Shown here one piece after another: positions 10,222 through 20,140 of a DNA stretch of 64,000 nucleotides. This stretch comes from an uncultured Candidatus Saccharibacteria bacterium (GTDB lineage Bacteria > Patescibacteriota > Dojkabacteria > JAOAGR01), in the NCBI GenBank assembly GCA_964503755.1, contig CAZDBO010000001.1:13933-77932 (forward strand). The letters run 5' to 3'. How positions within the stretch are numbered: position 1 is the first letter of the stretch; each line of letters starts with the position of its first letter. Both the position numbers and the translations under genes were made by a program. The notes beneath the pieces were generated by a model. It was not told where the DNA came from. It was given only the letters and a program-made list of their open reading frames with translations, and did not search any database.

Positions 10222-11388
10222 TTATAACAATACCTGTTTTAAGCTTTTTTCTAAATATTCCTTATCCAGATGTTTTCCTATAAATACTAATCTACTTCTT
10301 TTATAATCAAAATTTTCCCGACTTGGCATAATAGCGTAAATATCTTTAGATCCACCAACAACTTGTAACAGAAAATGTTTATAAGGTTTTTCATTTGTGC
10401 ATAAAAAGCCCTTTGCTCTGTAAACATTCTTAGGTAAATCTTTCTTCATCCATTCAGCAAATTTTTGAATATTTATTAATTTCTCCGTTGTAAAAACATA
10501 CTGATCTACATCCTCATGCGTATGTTCATCACAATGTTTGTGTCCTTTTTCTAAGCCTGAACAACAGCTACAACTTTCAGATTTACAACATTCACATTTA
10601 CTATGATCTTTAGATTTCTTCTTTTCGTCATTACATTCGCAATCATGACAGTGACCACAACATTGATGTTTTTCATCTTCTTTAGTATCAGAATCTATAC
10701 TAATATCATGATCTAAAACTTCCTGTTTCAACAGATCAGAAAACGATATATTACTTTTGTCTATGAACATCGATAAATCTACATTTTCTATTCCATCAAT
10801 GACATAGGCATCAGGATTTATTTCCTTAACAATCTCATGTAATTCATCTAATTTCTCTTTGCTCAAATTACTTATTTTATTAATAATCAGAAATGATGAA
10901 ACATATATTTGTTTGTATGCTATATCAAATTCTTTTGAATAAACATCAAAATTTGTAGCATCAATAAGACAAATAATACTATCTAAATAAACTTTTCCAT
11001 CAATAGTATCAACAAAAAATGTTTGAGCTACCGGATAGGGATCAGCAAGTCCAGATGTTTCAATAAATATAATATCTGGATCTGTTTTTTCAATAAGATT
11101 TCTAACTCCTTTCACCAAATCCCCTCTCACCACACAACAAATGCACCCTCCATCAACAGTCCATATCTCTTCATCACCAACAGAAGAAGAGATTAATTCG
11201 GTATCAATGGAGACCTCTCCAAACTCATTCATCACTACCGCAATTTTGTAATCTTTGTTGTATTTTTCGATGATTTTGTTGAGAAGAGTAGTTTTACCAC
11301 TGCCCAAAAAACCAGTGAGTATTATTATTGGAATACTTTTATTCTGATTATCCATATTTAGAAATAATAATTCTTTTTTATTCATCAT
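10222..11388 (-). CDS. CobW/COG0523-family GTPase metallochaperone with a Cys/His-rich insertion
   Basis: GFLGSGKTT P-loop, CxCC motif (GGCICCV), and His/Cys-rich stretch HQCCGHCHDCECN...CECCKSESCSCCSG. The ORF track extends the start to 11505; an internal Met at 11388 avoids overlap with the divergent aminopeptidase gene. Confidence 0.8.
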   Translation of the reverse strand: MMNKKELLFLNMDNQNKSIPIIILTGFLGSGKTTLLNKIIEKYNKDYKIAVVMNEFGEVSIDTELISSSVGDEEIWTVDGGCICCVVRGDLVKGVRNLIEKTDPDIIFIETSGLADPYPVAQTFFVDTIDGKVYLDSIICLIDATNFDVYSKEFDIAYKQIYVSSFLIINKISNLSKEKLDELHEIVKEINPDAYVIDGIENVDLSMFIDKSNISFSDLLKQEVLDHDISIDSDTKEDEKHQCCGHCHDCECNDEKKKSKDHSKCECCKSESCSCCSGLEKGHKHCDEHTHEDVDQYVFTTEKLINIQKFAEWMKKDLPKNVYRAKGFLCTNEKPYKHFLLQVVGGSKDIYAIMPSRENFDYKRSRLVFIGKHLDKEYLEKSLKQVLL

Positions 11389-11452
11389 AACATACTTGTC
11401 AACTGTGTTTTTATATTGATTAATCTGAAAAAATTGATACAATAGTAAGACT

Positions 11453-12688
11453 ATGTTTTCCAATCTATATACTCCAAGCAAAAAAGTGTTAAAAAATTTT
11501 GCCAATACATTAATAAATTTTTGTTTAAATTCTGGGGAGGGTATAAAACCTGGTGAAGTTGTTTATGTGATGATGAATGAATACGCCAAACCTATGCTCT
11601 TACCTATCCAAGAAGCAATACTAAGATCTGGTGGTCATATGATTTTGTCCTATTTACCAGCAGAATTACAAAGAGACAGGGATGAAACTGCACTTTTCTA
11701 CGAACTAGCAAATGAAGAACAACTAAATTTCTTTCCAGAAAAATATATACAATCCCGAATCGATACTATAGATCATGTAGTATTGCTTTTATCGGCACAT
11801 GATCATAATTATTATGCTAATGTAGATCCAAAAAAACTTGCTCAAAGAACTAAAGTCTGGAGAAAGTACATGGAAATGCGTAACGCCAAAGAATATGCTG
11901 GTAAATTGACATGGGTGCTGACAGATTATCCAACACCTGCAATGGCGGAAGCTGCAGGTATGACACTAGAAGAATATTGGGACCAAGTAATCAAAGCATG
12001 TTATCTAGATGAAGAAGATCCTATTTCAAAACACAAAGATACTTTTAGTAAAATTCATCAGATAACAAATACTATAAATTCTCTTAACATAGAAAAATTA
12101 CATATCAAAGCTGAAGATGTCGATCTAGAAATAGTATTAGGTGAAAATAGACAATTTGTCGGTGGTAGTGGTCGAAATTTACCAAGTTTTGAGATTTTCA
12201 CATCACCTGATGCTAGATATACAAAAGGATGGATTAGATTTAATCAACCTCTATATAGAGATGGATTTGTAATAAAAGGAATAAAATTGGTATTTGAAGA
12301 TGGAAAAGTAGTAGATTTCGATGCTCAGACAAACAAACATGCACTTGAAGCAATGCTTAATACAGATGAGGGAGCAAGAAGAGTAGGTGAGTTTAGCCTT
12401 ACAGACAAAAGATTTTCACGTATAGATAGAATTATGGCAAATACTTTATTTGACGAGAACTTTGGTGGTGAATATGGTAACACACACATAGCACTAGGTC
12501 AGGCATATAGAGATGCAATCAAAGACCAAGAAAAATTTAGTGATGAAGAACTTATCAATAACATGGGATTCAATAATTCTGCTATACACACAGATATAAT
12601 AAGCACGTCTAATCGGACAGTCACAGCAACACTACAAGATGGTAGTGAAATGGTAATTTATAAAGATGGTATGTTTACATTAATATGA
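11453..12688 (+). CDS. M29 family aminopeptidase (AmpS/PepS-like)
   Basis: Length of about 410 aa and overall similarity pattern to thermophilic aminopeptidase T/II (M29). Confidence 0.65.
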   Translation: MFSNLYTPSKKVLKNFANTLINFCLNSGEGIKPGEVVYVMMNEYAKPMLLPIQEAILRSGGHMILSYLPAELQRDRDETALFYELANEEQLNFFPEKYIQSRIDTIDHVVLLLSAHDHNYYANVDPKKLAQRTKVWRKYMEMRNAKEYAGKLTWVLTDYPTPAMAEAAGMTLEEYWDQVIKACYLDEEDPISKHKDTFSKIHQITNTINSLNIEKLHIKAEDVDLEIVLGENRQFVGGSGRNLPSFEIFTSPDARYTKGWIRFNQPLYRDGFVIKGIKLVFEDGKVVDFDAQTNKHALEAMLNTDEGARRVGEFSLTDKRFSRIDRIMANTLFDENFGGEYGNTHIALGQAYRDAIKDQEKFSDEELINNMGFNNSAIHTDIISTSNRTVTATLQDGSEMVIYKDGMFTLI

Positions 12689-12768
12689 ATATGATACAAA
12701 TTTAAACCTATATTTTTACAAATAACAAACTTTGTTTATTTTGTTTAGAATATGATTTATAATTATTT

Positions 12769-12966
12769 ATGCAAGATTTAATAAACAAAATATTAGAATT
12801 CCTAGGAATAAAAACAAATGAGTTACCGAATAATCAACAAGATACATCATCTGGTTCAGATATATCGATTATTTCAACCGCAGCGGCTAGTGACAATAGT
12901 TTCGATGGTAATGGTTCGTCCACAAGTGATACTGGAGGTGATTCTAGTGATGGAGGAACAGATTAA
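12769..12966 (+). CDS. Small acidic Ser/Gly/Asp-rich hypothetical protein
   Basis: ORF only. Low-complexity C-terminus. Confidence 0.2.
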   Translation: MQDLINKILEFLGIKTNELPNNQQDTSSGSDISIISTAAASDNSFDGNGSSTSDTGGDSSDGGTD

Positions 12967-13010
12967 GTGATTATTCTAAATTTTTAGCATATAAAATTAT
13001 TTAAGTTCTT

Positions 13011-13084
13011 GCGGGTATAGTTTAGGGGTAAAACGTGTCCTTCCCAAGGATAAGTCACCGGTTCGATTCCGGTTACCCGCTCCA
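13011..13084 (+). tRNA. tRNA-Gly (anticodon CCC)
   Basis: Cloverleaf: acceptor GCGGGTA/TACCCGC, D stem GTTT/AAAC, anticodon stem TGTCC/GGATA with loop TTCCCAA, T arm ACCGG-TTCGATT-CCGGT, discriminator U, encoded CCA. Confidence 0.85.
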
Positions 13085-13401
13085 AATTAGATTTATATTG
13101 TTTTATAAGTGTTAGTAAATTTACAATTGCCCATACTAAAAATATTGTAAATTCTGATTAATTTATAATTTTGAAATTCCAAAATGTAAAAAAATATCTC
13201 CAATAGAATTAAAAAATTAAGATTTAAAAACTTTTATTTTAGTATAAATTAATACGCCAAATTTTTATTTGTAACTATTTTTAATTTTTGAATCAATATT
13301 AATTCAGATTGTACAATTCATAATTTAAATATAATTTCATTCAAATTAATACTTAGATATTACTGAAATATAAGCATAGTTTAATTAAATCTATATTAAC
13401 T

Positions 13402-14295
13402 TCATTTATTCAATAAATTTTTATTGATAAAAATAAAATTTTTCATAATCAGAAACAGTGTTATCATAATAGAAATTATCATAATTAATAGTAAAATACT
13501 AATCAAAATCTCATTTTCTAGTATATAAAAATTCAAAAAATTAGTTAAAAAATTATGTTCTTTTACAAATAAAAATGCATTTAAAATATAGATTGCAAAA
13601 GTCAAATTACCACTAAATCTAATAACATATGTATTAAAATTAGAATCAGTATTACTCAAAATTTCTGAATGTATAAAACAAATAAGATACATTATTAAAG
13701 TAATAAAAAATAACATGATAAAGACTAAAGGAGACAGATCAATGAAAGCACTCACTTTTGTTCCAACATGATCAATGATGTACGTCGTAAAAATGAAAAT
13801 TATCATCAATATTAATGGTTTGTAAATCAAATAAAATTTTTTACTTATAAATGAATATAACATAATAGTGAAAAGTATAATTTCTGATATTGCGATATGA
13901 TAGTTATAAGATCCAATCAGATACGATTCTTCTAAATTAAATATATCAAACAAACTAAACAGATAAACAACGAATAAATTCAAAGCTAAAATAATAATTA
14001 ATCCATAAGGAAAAATACTTATTTTTTTGATTTTGTTTAACACAAGAATTATTAACCCACCTAATCCACAGGAAAACAAAAGCGTATAAAATATTAGAAA
14101 TTGATCAATTCTATAAAATATCAAGAATACAAAAACTAACCCAGAGACATAATATAAAAAATACTCTAAATAATTATATTCATATACTTTTAAATTAACA
14201 TAAATTAGTAGTTTAAAACAAAAAATAATCAAATACCAGAAACTTATGAAAATAGCAAAAAATTCTAAATTTGATTTATCATAAAATAATAACAA
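13402..14295 (-). CDS. Polytopic integral membrane protein, hypothetical
   Basis: About 8-9 hydrophobic helices. No recognisable motif. Confidence 0.45.
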   Translation of the reverse strand: MLLFYDKSNLEFFAIFISFWYLIIFCFKLLIYVNLKVYEYNYLEYFLYYVSGLVFVFLIFYRIDQFLIFYTLLFSCGLGGLIILVLNKIKKISIFPYGLIIILALNLFVVYLFSLFDIFNLEESYLIGSYNYHIAISEIILFTIMLYSFISKKFYLIYKPLILMIIFIFTTYIIDHVGTKVSAFIDLSPLVFIMLFFITLIMYLICFIHSEILSNTDSNFNTYVIRFSGNLTFAIYILNAFLFVKEHNFLTNFLNFYILENEILISILLLIMIISIMITLFLIMKNFIFINKNLLNK

Positions 14296-14437
14296 TAAAG
14301 TACTAAAAAATAAAGTGAAATATAAAAATTATATATCTAATTATATATCTAAACATTTACCTAACATATTTTACACAATAAACAAATGTTTTCAAAGTAT
14401 TGACAAAAAAGATAGAATATGATACCAAGTTATATGT

Positions 14438-16516
14438 ATGATTAAAAATAATATTTTTCTTTTTCTTTTAAATATATTTACTGTTTTAGTATTTATGGTC
14501 TCTATAACTCGTTTTCAACCAAACATAGTTACCGCGCAATCAGTAAATACAAATTCACAGTCTGTATATTTTAAACCAAAATCCAACAACGACATAGCCA
14601 ATCAAGATGGTGTAGAATTTAACCTTTTTGACAGAGAACTATGGGTCGGTACTGGTCAAGATTTAGAAAAGTCTTATCTAGGATTAATTACATATTCTGA
14701 TAATCTAATCAATCTAAACAGTCTAAACAAAGCATTTTTAGTATTTTTTGCAGAGAGAGAAGAATGGATTTACACAAAATTTGATATTTATCTTGAGGAT
14801 AGTAGAGATTTTTCACAGTATGATGTAAATAATCCTAATACTAAACCATCGATAAGAAAACTTACCACGTCATTTGTCAGTGTTGAAGAAGATGTCAAAT
14901 GGGAAAGAAGAAAAACGTACAAGTATGAAATTACAAATATTGTTCGCGAGTATTTGTTCAAATATGGAAGTTCTAACAAACTAAGTGTAATTGTTAAAGG
15001 TAGCTCTGATTCACCATTTGCAAGAAAATATCCTGCAACAAAGCTACAAAGTGCACCTTATATAGAAATTATTTTAAATTCCAGTGCCTCCTCACCAACA
15101 CCTACTTTATCACCAACAAATACATCTACACCAATTCCAACAAGACTCCCATCACCATCTTTTACTAATACTCCTACATCAATTCCATCATTTACTCCAA
15201 CAATCATCAATACTAATACCCCTACACCAGCAGATATATCAAGTGATATGAATATCAATTTAACTCCAAGTGGTGGATTCGGTCCCGGTAGGAGTAGTAA
15301 TCCTGAAGTTGGTATAAGATTAGATATATACAATGAACTAAGAAGAAGAGCTTTGTTAGGAGAATATGATAGACCATGTAGAGAAGAAGAACATGATCCA
15401 ACAAAATGGCATAGTTTAGTTAATCCTATAGCAAAATGTCATTATGATCATTTTCATGGTGATGATCCTACATATGTCAATGACATATTTGGAGAACCAG
15501 GTACATGGTTTGGTACGCCTGGCCAGGGCATATCACATCCATGGCAGACATTCCCAGCTAGAACAATGACAGAAAGTAATGAACAATATATACGAGAAAA
15601 AAGAATGGAAAATCATCTGAAGCACGAAGGATATGTCTGGATAGTAAGAAGAGATCAACCGTGCAACAATGAATATTGTGTTACAGATTTTAGAGTTCTT
15701 ATTCATAATTTAGAAATGCATGCATTTGGTGCAGCAACAAGATTTCATTCGGGTTATGGTGAATTTAGGGTATGTCAAGACAAAAATAGGCCAGAAACTT
15801 GTGGAATTATCAGGACTGGTGGTTGGCTTGATCATGGAAATCTTATAACACCTCCATCAAACACCAATTGCTGGGAATCAAGACAGGAAAATATTGGATT
15901 AATAAGGCTTAATGCTGACAATCAATATTATCCATTTTATGATCCAGATTTGATAGACGAATTTAGATGTCACAAACCATTAAATTCTACAGAGATAAAT
16001 AGAGGTCCAACTTTAGTTGGCAATAGAGCTCCTGCAGAATGGTGGGCACATGGTGCTAGTGATTTTAGGTACCAATTTTTAGTGTACAATCCAATTGGTA
16101 ATGTCACAGAAACATCGCCAGGAAGTGGTGTTTTAAGAATGCATGCATATTGCACTCCAGAACAAAACAACTGTCGTTGGACTCAATCAGTATTTACGAT
16201 ACGTATTGCTTATATATTACCAGTTAACAGTTATTTTGTTGAAGGATTTGTAAATGGAAATAGAGTAAACCTACCACTTGGGCAAAGATATATAACTAGA
16301 TTCGGTGAGATAAACCCAAACTGTTCTAATGCTGGACTTGATTGTATACCTATCGAATATAGCAACCTTACATTAAATACAAATCCAAATTTAGGTCTTG
16401 CAGGATACAATCACGAATCTTGTGACTTCTGCGAAAAAGTTGACCACGATCTCACACCGCCTGAAAGACCATCTTGGATCAGATGGTACTACAAGTTATT
16501 TAATATGAATCATTAA
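14438..16516 (+). CDS. Secreted protein with Pro/Thr linker and a C-terminal Cys/Trp/His-rich domain, hypothetical
   Basis: N-terminal signal/TM. Linker SPTPTLSPTNTSTPIPTRLPSPSFTNTPTSIPSFTPT. C-terminal roughly 380 aa with more than 12 Cys and many Trp/His (CHYDHFHGDDP). Confidence 0.55.
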   Translation: MIKNNIFLFLLNIFTVLVFMVSITRFQPNIVTAQSVNTNSQSVYFKPKSNNDIANQDGVEFNLFDRELWVGTGQDLEKSYLGLITYSDNLINLNSLNKAFLVFFAEREEWIYTKFDIYLEDSRDFSQYDVNNPNTKPSIRKLTTSFVSVEEDVKWERRKTYKYEITNIVREYLFKYGSSNKLSVIVKGSSDSPFARKYPATKLQSAPYIEIILNSSASSPTPTLSPTNTSTPIPTRLPSPSFTNTPTSIPSFTPTIINTNTPTPADISSDMNINLTPSGGFGPGRSSNPEVGIRLDIYNELRRRALLGEYDRPCREEEHDPTKWHSLVNPIAKCHYDHFHGDDPTYVNDIFGEPGTWFGTPGQGISHPWQTFPARTMTESNEQYIREKRMENHLKHEGYVWIVRRDQPCNNEYCVTDFRVLIHNLEMHAFGAATRFHSGYGEFRVCQDKNRPETCGIIRTGGWLDHGNLITPPSNTNCWESRQENIGLIRLNADNQYYPFYDPDLIDEFRCHKPLNSTEINRGPTLVGNRAPAEWWAHGASDFRYQFLVYNPIGNVTETSPGSGVLRMHAYCTPEQNNCRWTQSVFTIRIAYILPVNSYFVEGFVNGNRVNLPLGQRYITRFGEINPNCSNAGLDCIPIEYSNLTLNTNPNLGLAGYNHESCDFCEKVDHDLTPPERPSWIRWYYKLFNMNH

Positions 16517-16522
16517 AAAAAT

Positions 16523-16792
16523 ATGTCAAATTTACAGAATATAAATCCAAAATATTTAATTGCAATAATTATAATGTTGCTTCTTGTAATAATTGGAGTA
16601 GTGGTATACTTTTTATTTTTTCATAAAGATCACAATACAAAAATGGTTTATACAGAAACAGGTGTATTAGGACCCGACACAAGTGACCCAAATGTAAAAA
16701 AACATATTTTTAGTTCGGATTTCGAACAAACTGATGGACCAAAACCACCAGCAATGTCAGAAGATAAAATTAACTCTGCTACTTATAGATAA
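16523..16792 (+). CDS. Small single-TM protein, hypothetical
   Basis: ORF with N-terminal TM. Immediately downstream of the 692-aa secreted protein. Confidence 0.3.
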   Translation: MSNLQNINPKYLIAIIIMLLLVIIGVVVYFLFFHKDHNTKMVYTETGVLGPDTSDPNVKKHIFSSDFEQTDGPKPPAMSEDKINSATYR

Positions 16793-16824
16793 TTTTGTAA
16801 CATTAAAATACTAAAATAGCAGTT

Positions 16825-17184
16825 ATGAAATGTCCAAAGTGTAGAAGTGACCTAGGACAGATAGAAAAGTACGGTATCGTAATAGACTATTGTCCAGATT
16901 GTGGTACAGTAGTTTTGGATAAAGGTGAGATAGAAAAGATTTTGAAAGCCTATAGAGATGAACTAAATGCTCTCAGAATGAATGATAATGTACCTTTTTC
17001 TTCATCTTCGGTTCCTCAATCAGTATATTATGACGACGATGATGACTATGAACATCATCCCCACAAACATTATCAACAACCTTATCAAGGTAACATGCAA
17101 CAACATAATCAGCACTATAATCCAAATCATCCTCATCACAAGAAAAAAGAAGGTTTTTTAGATGATATCTTTGATATATTCTAA
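16825..17184 (+). CDS. Zinc-ribbon (zf-TFIIB-like) protein with His/Gln-rich tail
   Basis: CPKC...19 aa...CPDC zinc ribbon followed by (G)EIEKIL. C-terminus HHPHKHYQQPYQ...NHPHHKKK. Confidence 0.55.
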   Translation: MKCPKCRSDLGQIEKYGIVIDYCPDCGTVVLDKGEIEKILKAYRDELNALRMNDNVPFSSSSVPQSVYYDDDDDYEHHPHKHYQQPYQGNMQQHNQHYNPNHPHHKKKEGFLDDIFDIF

Positions 17185-17405
17185 TTATTTGTTTAATCAA
17201 TATTTTATACTCAAATAATATATATTATAGGATCAATGTGTTATAACAAAAATGAACTTTATTTCTTATCTTAGCTATTAGTTAATAGATTCTAGTTTAT
17301 ATTGTAATTTATTTTCATTACCAATAATAGTTATCAAACATTTAAAAATCATATTAAAATTACTTATTCATTTGAACATTTTTTATAATATTTCAATAAT
17401 ATGAT

Positions 17406-19927
17406 TTGATGCAATACAAACAAATATCAGATGTCATAAAAGAACTAGATGTAGATATAAATCGTGGACTAGATTCTATAGAAGTATCCAAAAGACAAAA
17501 AATCTATGGTCTCAACAATATAAATTTAACAGAAGAAAGTAATATAAAAATCGTTCTACGTCAATTTCTAAATCCTTTGGTGATAATACTTATTATTGCA
17601 TCAATAATCGCCCTAATATTTGGTGAATATAAAGATTTTATTTTTATCCTGATTATTGTTTCTATTAATGGAATAATAGGATCAATACAAGAAATACAAG
17701 CAAAATCAAAAATTCACGAATTATTAAATCTATCTAAACCCAAATCAAGAGTAATCCGTAATGGTCAAATAATAACTATTCAAGATTCAGAAATAACTAT
17801 AGGTGATGTACTTATCCTAAATGAAGGTGACATTGTGGGAGCAGATGCTAGATTGATTGAGTCAAATAATCTAACCGTTGACGAATCCATACTTACAGGA
17901 GAATCATTACCAATCTCGAAATTTGCTGATAAAGTTTTAGAAGAATCCACTCCAATTTATGAAAGAGAAAATATAGTATTTCGTTCCACAATAGTGCTCA
18001 AAGGTACAGGAAAAGCCATAGTCTACGCTATCGGACCAAATACCGAAGTAGGTATAAAATATACTCTAAATCAAAAGGTAAAGAAGCCAAAACACCACTT
18101 ATAAAGGCAATTGATAGATTTTCCAAAAAACTAATTTTCATAGTTATTTCAATAATGCTATTTATTTTCTGCATTGGATTATTACAAGGGCGAAATATTG
18201 AAAATATATTTTTATTAATCCTAGCGCAGCTAGTCTCTGCTATACCCGAAGGACTGCCGATAGCAATAACCATAGCTTTGGTTATAGGATCGTTTATTTT
18301 ATTTAAAAAGAAAACTTTAGTCAGATATTTACCTGCAGTCGAATCTCTAGGTAGTACAACATTTATATGTACAGACAAAACTGGCACTCTTACAGAAAAC
18401 AAATTAACAGTAGAGAAGGTATTTACAGATGATGATAACATCACAAATTTACTTTTTACTTTATGTAATGACTCAAGTCTCGAACACGGAGATCCTCTTG
18501 ATATTACATTACTAAAATATCTAAAAAATAAAGAAATTAATATATCCGAAATCAGATCAAAATATGCACAAAAATGGCTCCTTCCATTCGATACCAAAAT
18601 TAAACTGATGGCTAGTATAAATGATATTGATGGTCAAAATTATTTATTTGTAAAAGGAGCTTTTGAAACTCTTAGCAATCTAGCAGAAAACAAGAAAGAT
18701 CTAGAAAAATACGGAAAGATTCACGATCAAATGACGGAACAAGGTCTTAGAGTAATAGCTTTTGGATATAGAGAAACTGATGAGATACCAGTTAACATAT
18801 TAAACGAAAAAATTAAATTGATTGGTCTAGTCGGGTTTGTTGATCCGCCAAAGAAAGATGCTGAGAAAGCGATCAAGAAAGCGTTGCAATCTGGAGTAAA
18901 CATAATAATGATTACAGGTGATAGTTTAAAAACTGCTCTAAAAATTGCGTCTGATGTAGGAATACACACAGAAGGCAAATTATTTTTTGAGGGTAAAGAT
19001 CTAAATAAATATACAGATGAACAACTTTATGAAATATTAAAAAAAACATCCGTCATTGCTCGAGCCATCCCTGACGATAAATATCGTATTGTAAATATAC
19101 TTCAAACAAATGGAGAAACAGTTGCTGTAATGGGAGATGGAGTCAATGACATACCTGCCATAAAATCAGCAAATCTAGGCATTGCTGTCGATACTGCATC
19201 AGAAGCAACAAAATCAGTTTCACGAATTATACTAAAAGAAAGAAATATTTCTGTAATAATAGATGCTATCTATATAGGTCGTCAGATATCCCACAATATA
19301 CGAAAGGTCATTGGATTTTTACTTTCTACAAATATCGGTGAGATATTTTTTCTTGGTACCGCAATGATACTAAATTTTCCTCAACCACTATTTCCAACAC
19401 AAATTTTATGGATAAATCTAGTTACTGATGGCATAACTGACAAAACATTAGTTCTTACAAAAGAAGAAACATGGACTAGATCACTAAAACCAAAGGTTTT
19501 TAATACATGGTTTTTAGATAAATCACAATTAATAAAAATAATCTCATTTGCAATCTTTGTTGCAACAGTTAATTTGTTGATTTTCAATTATCTATCTAAA
19601 TCAACAAATTATGAACAAGTCGTAACTGTTATATTCTTCTGTATGGTTGTTGAACAGTGGGCATTTGCTATCCAATCAATTCGAGAAAAACCATTTTTTT
19701 CTAATTTCATAGAAAACTTCCAACTAAATCCCTATATTTATCTAGCAATATTATTTATCGGAATTCCATTGCAAATAATAGCTTATTTATTCTTCCCTGA
19801 AGTTTTATATATGACACAAACAAATACTCATCTACTTATCTTTTATCCGACATTAGTATTTATATCGGCGTTTATTTTTTTGGAAGTTTTGAAGATGTGG
19901 ATTAAGAAAAGATTAAATCGGTGTTAA
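17406..19927 (+). pseudogene. Cation-transporting P-type ATPase (P2-type), interrupted by a frameshift near 18060-18110
   Basis: Two ORFs, 17406-18104 and 18155-19927. Motifs CTDKTGTLT, MITGD and GDGVNDIPAIKSANLGIAV. The TPLIKAIDRFSKKL segment lies in the +1 frame across an A-run at about 18070, indicating a 1-nt indel. Confidence 0.8.
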
Positions 19928-20140
19928 AATATATTTAATTTTTACCAGAGTTTAATTGAAATATAAGATCTGATAAAATTTATCTTATTTTGAATTGATT
20001 TAAAAACTTATACAAAAATTGAAGAAAATTTCAAAATATGATTATCTTATATAGTAAAGTTAAAAAATGGTTGGTAACAATTTAATATATTTGCACATAA
20101 AAATAGTTAATCAAAATTAATATTTCAATTTCGTAATAGA

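Noticed and set aside
12967-13400. AT-rich 320-bp spacer after tRNA-Gly as a possible mobile-element attachment site or ncRNA
   Set aside because: No direct repeats of the tRNA 3' end, integrase gene or structured GC-rich segment are present. It is probably just promoter and spacer DNA.
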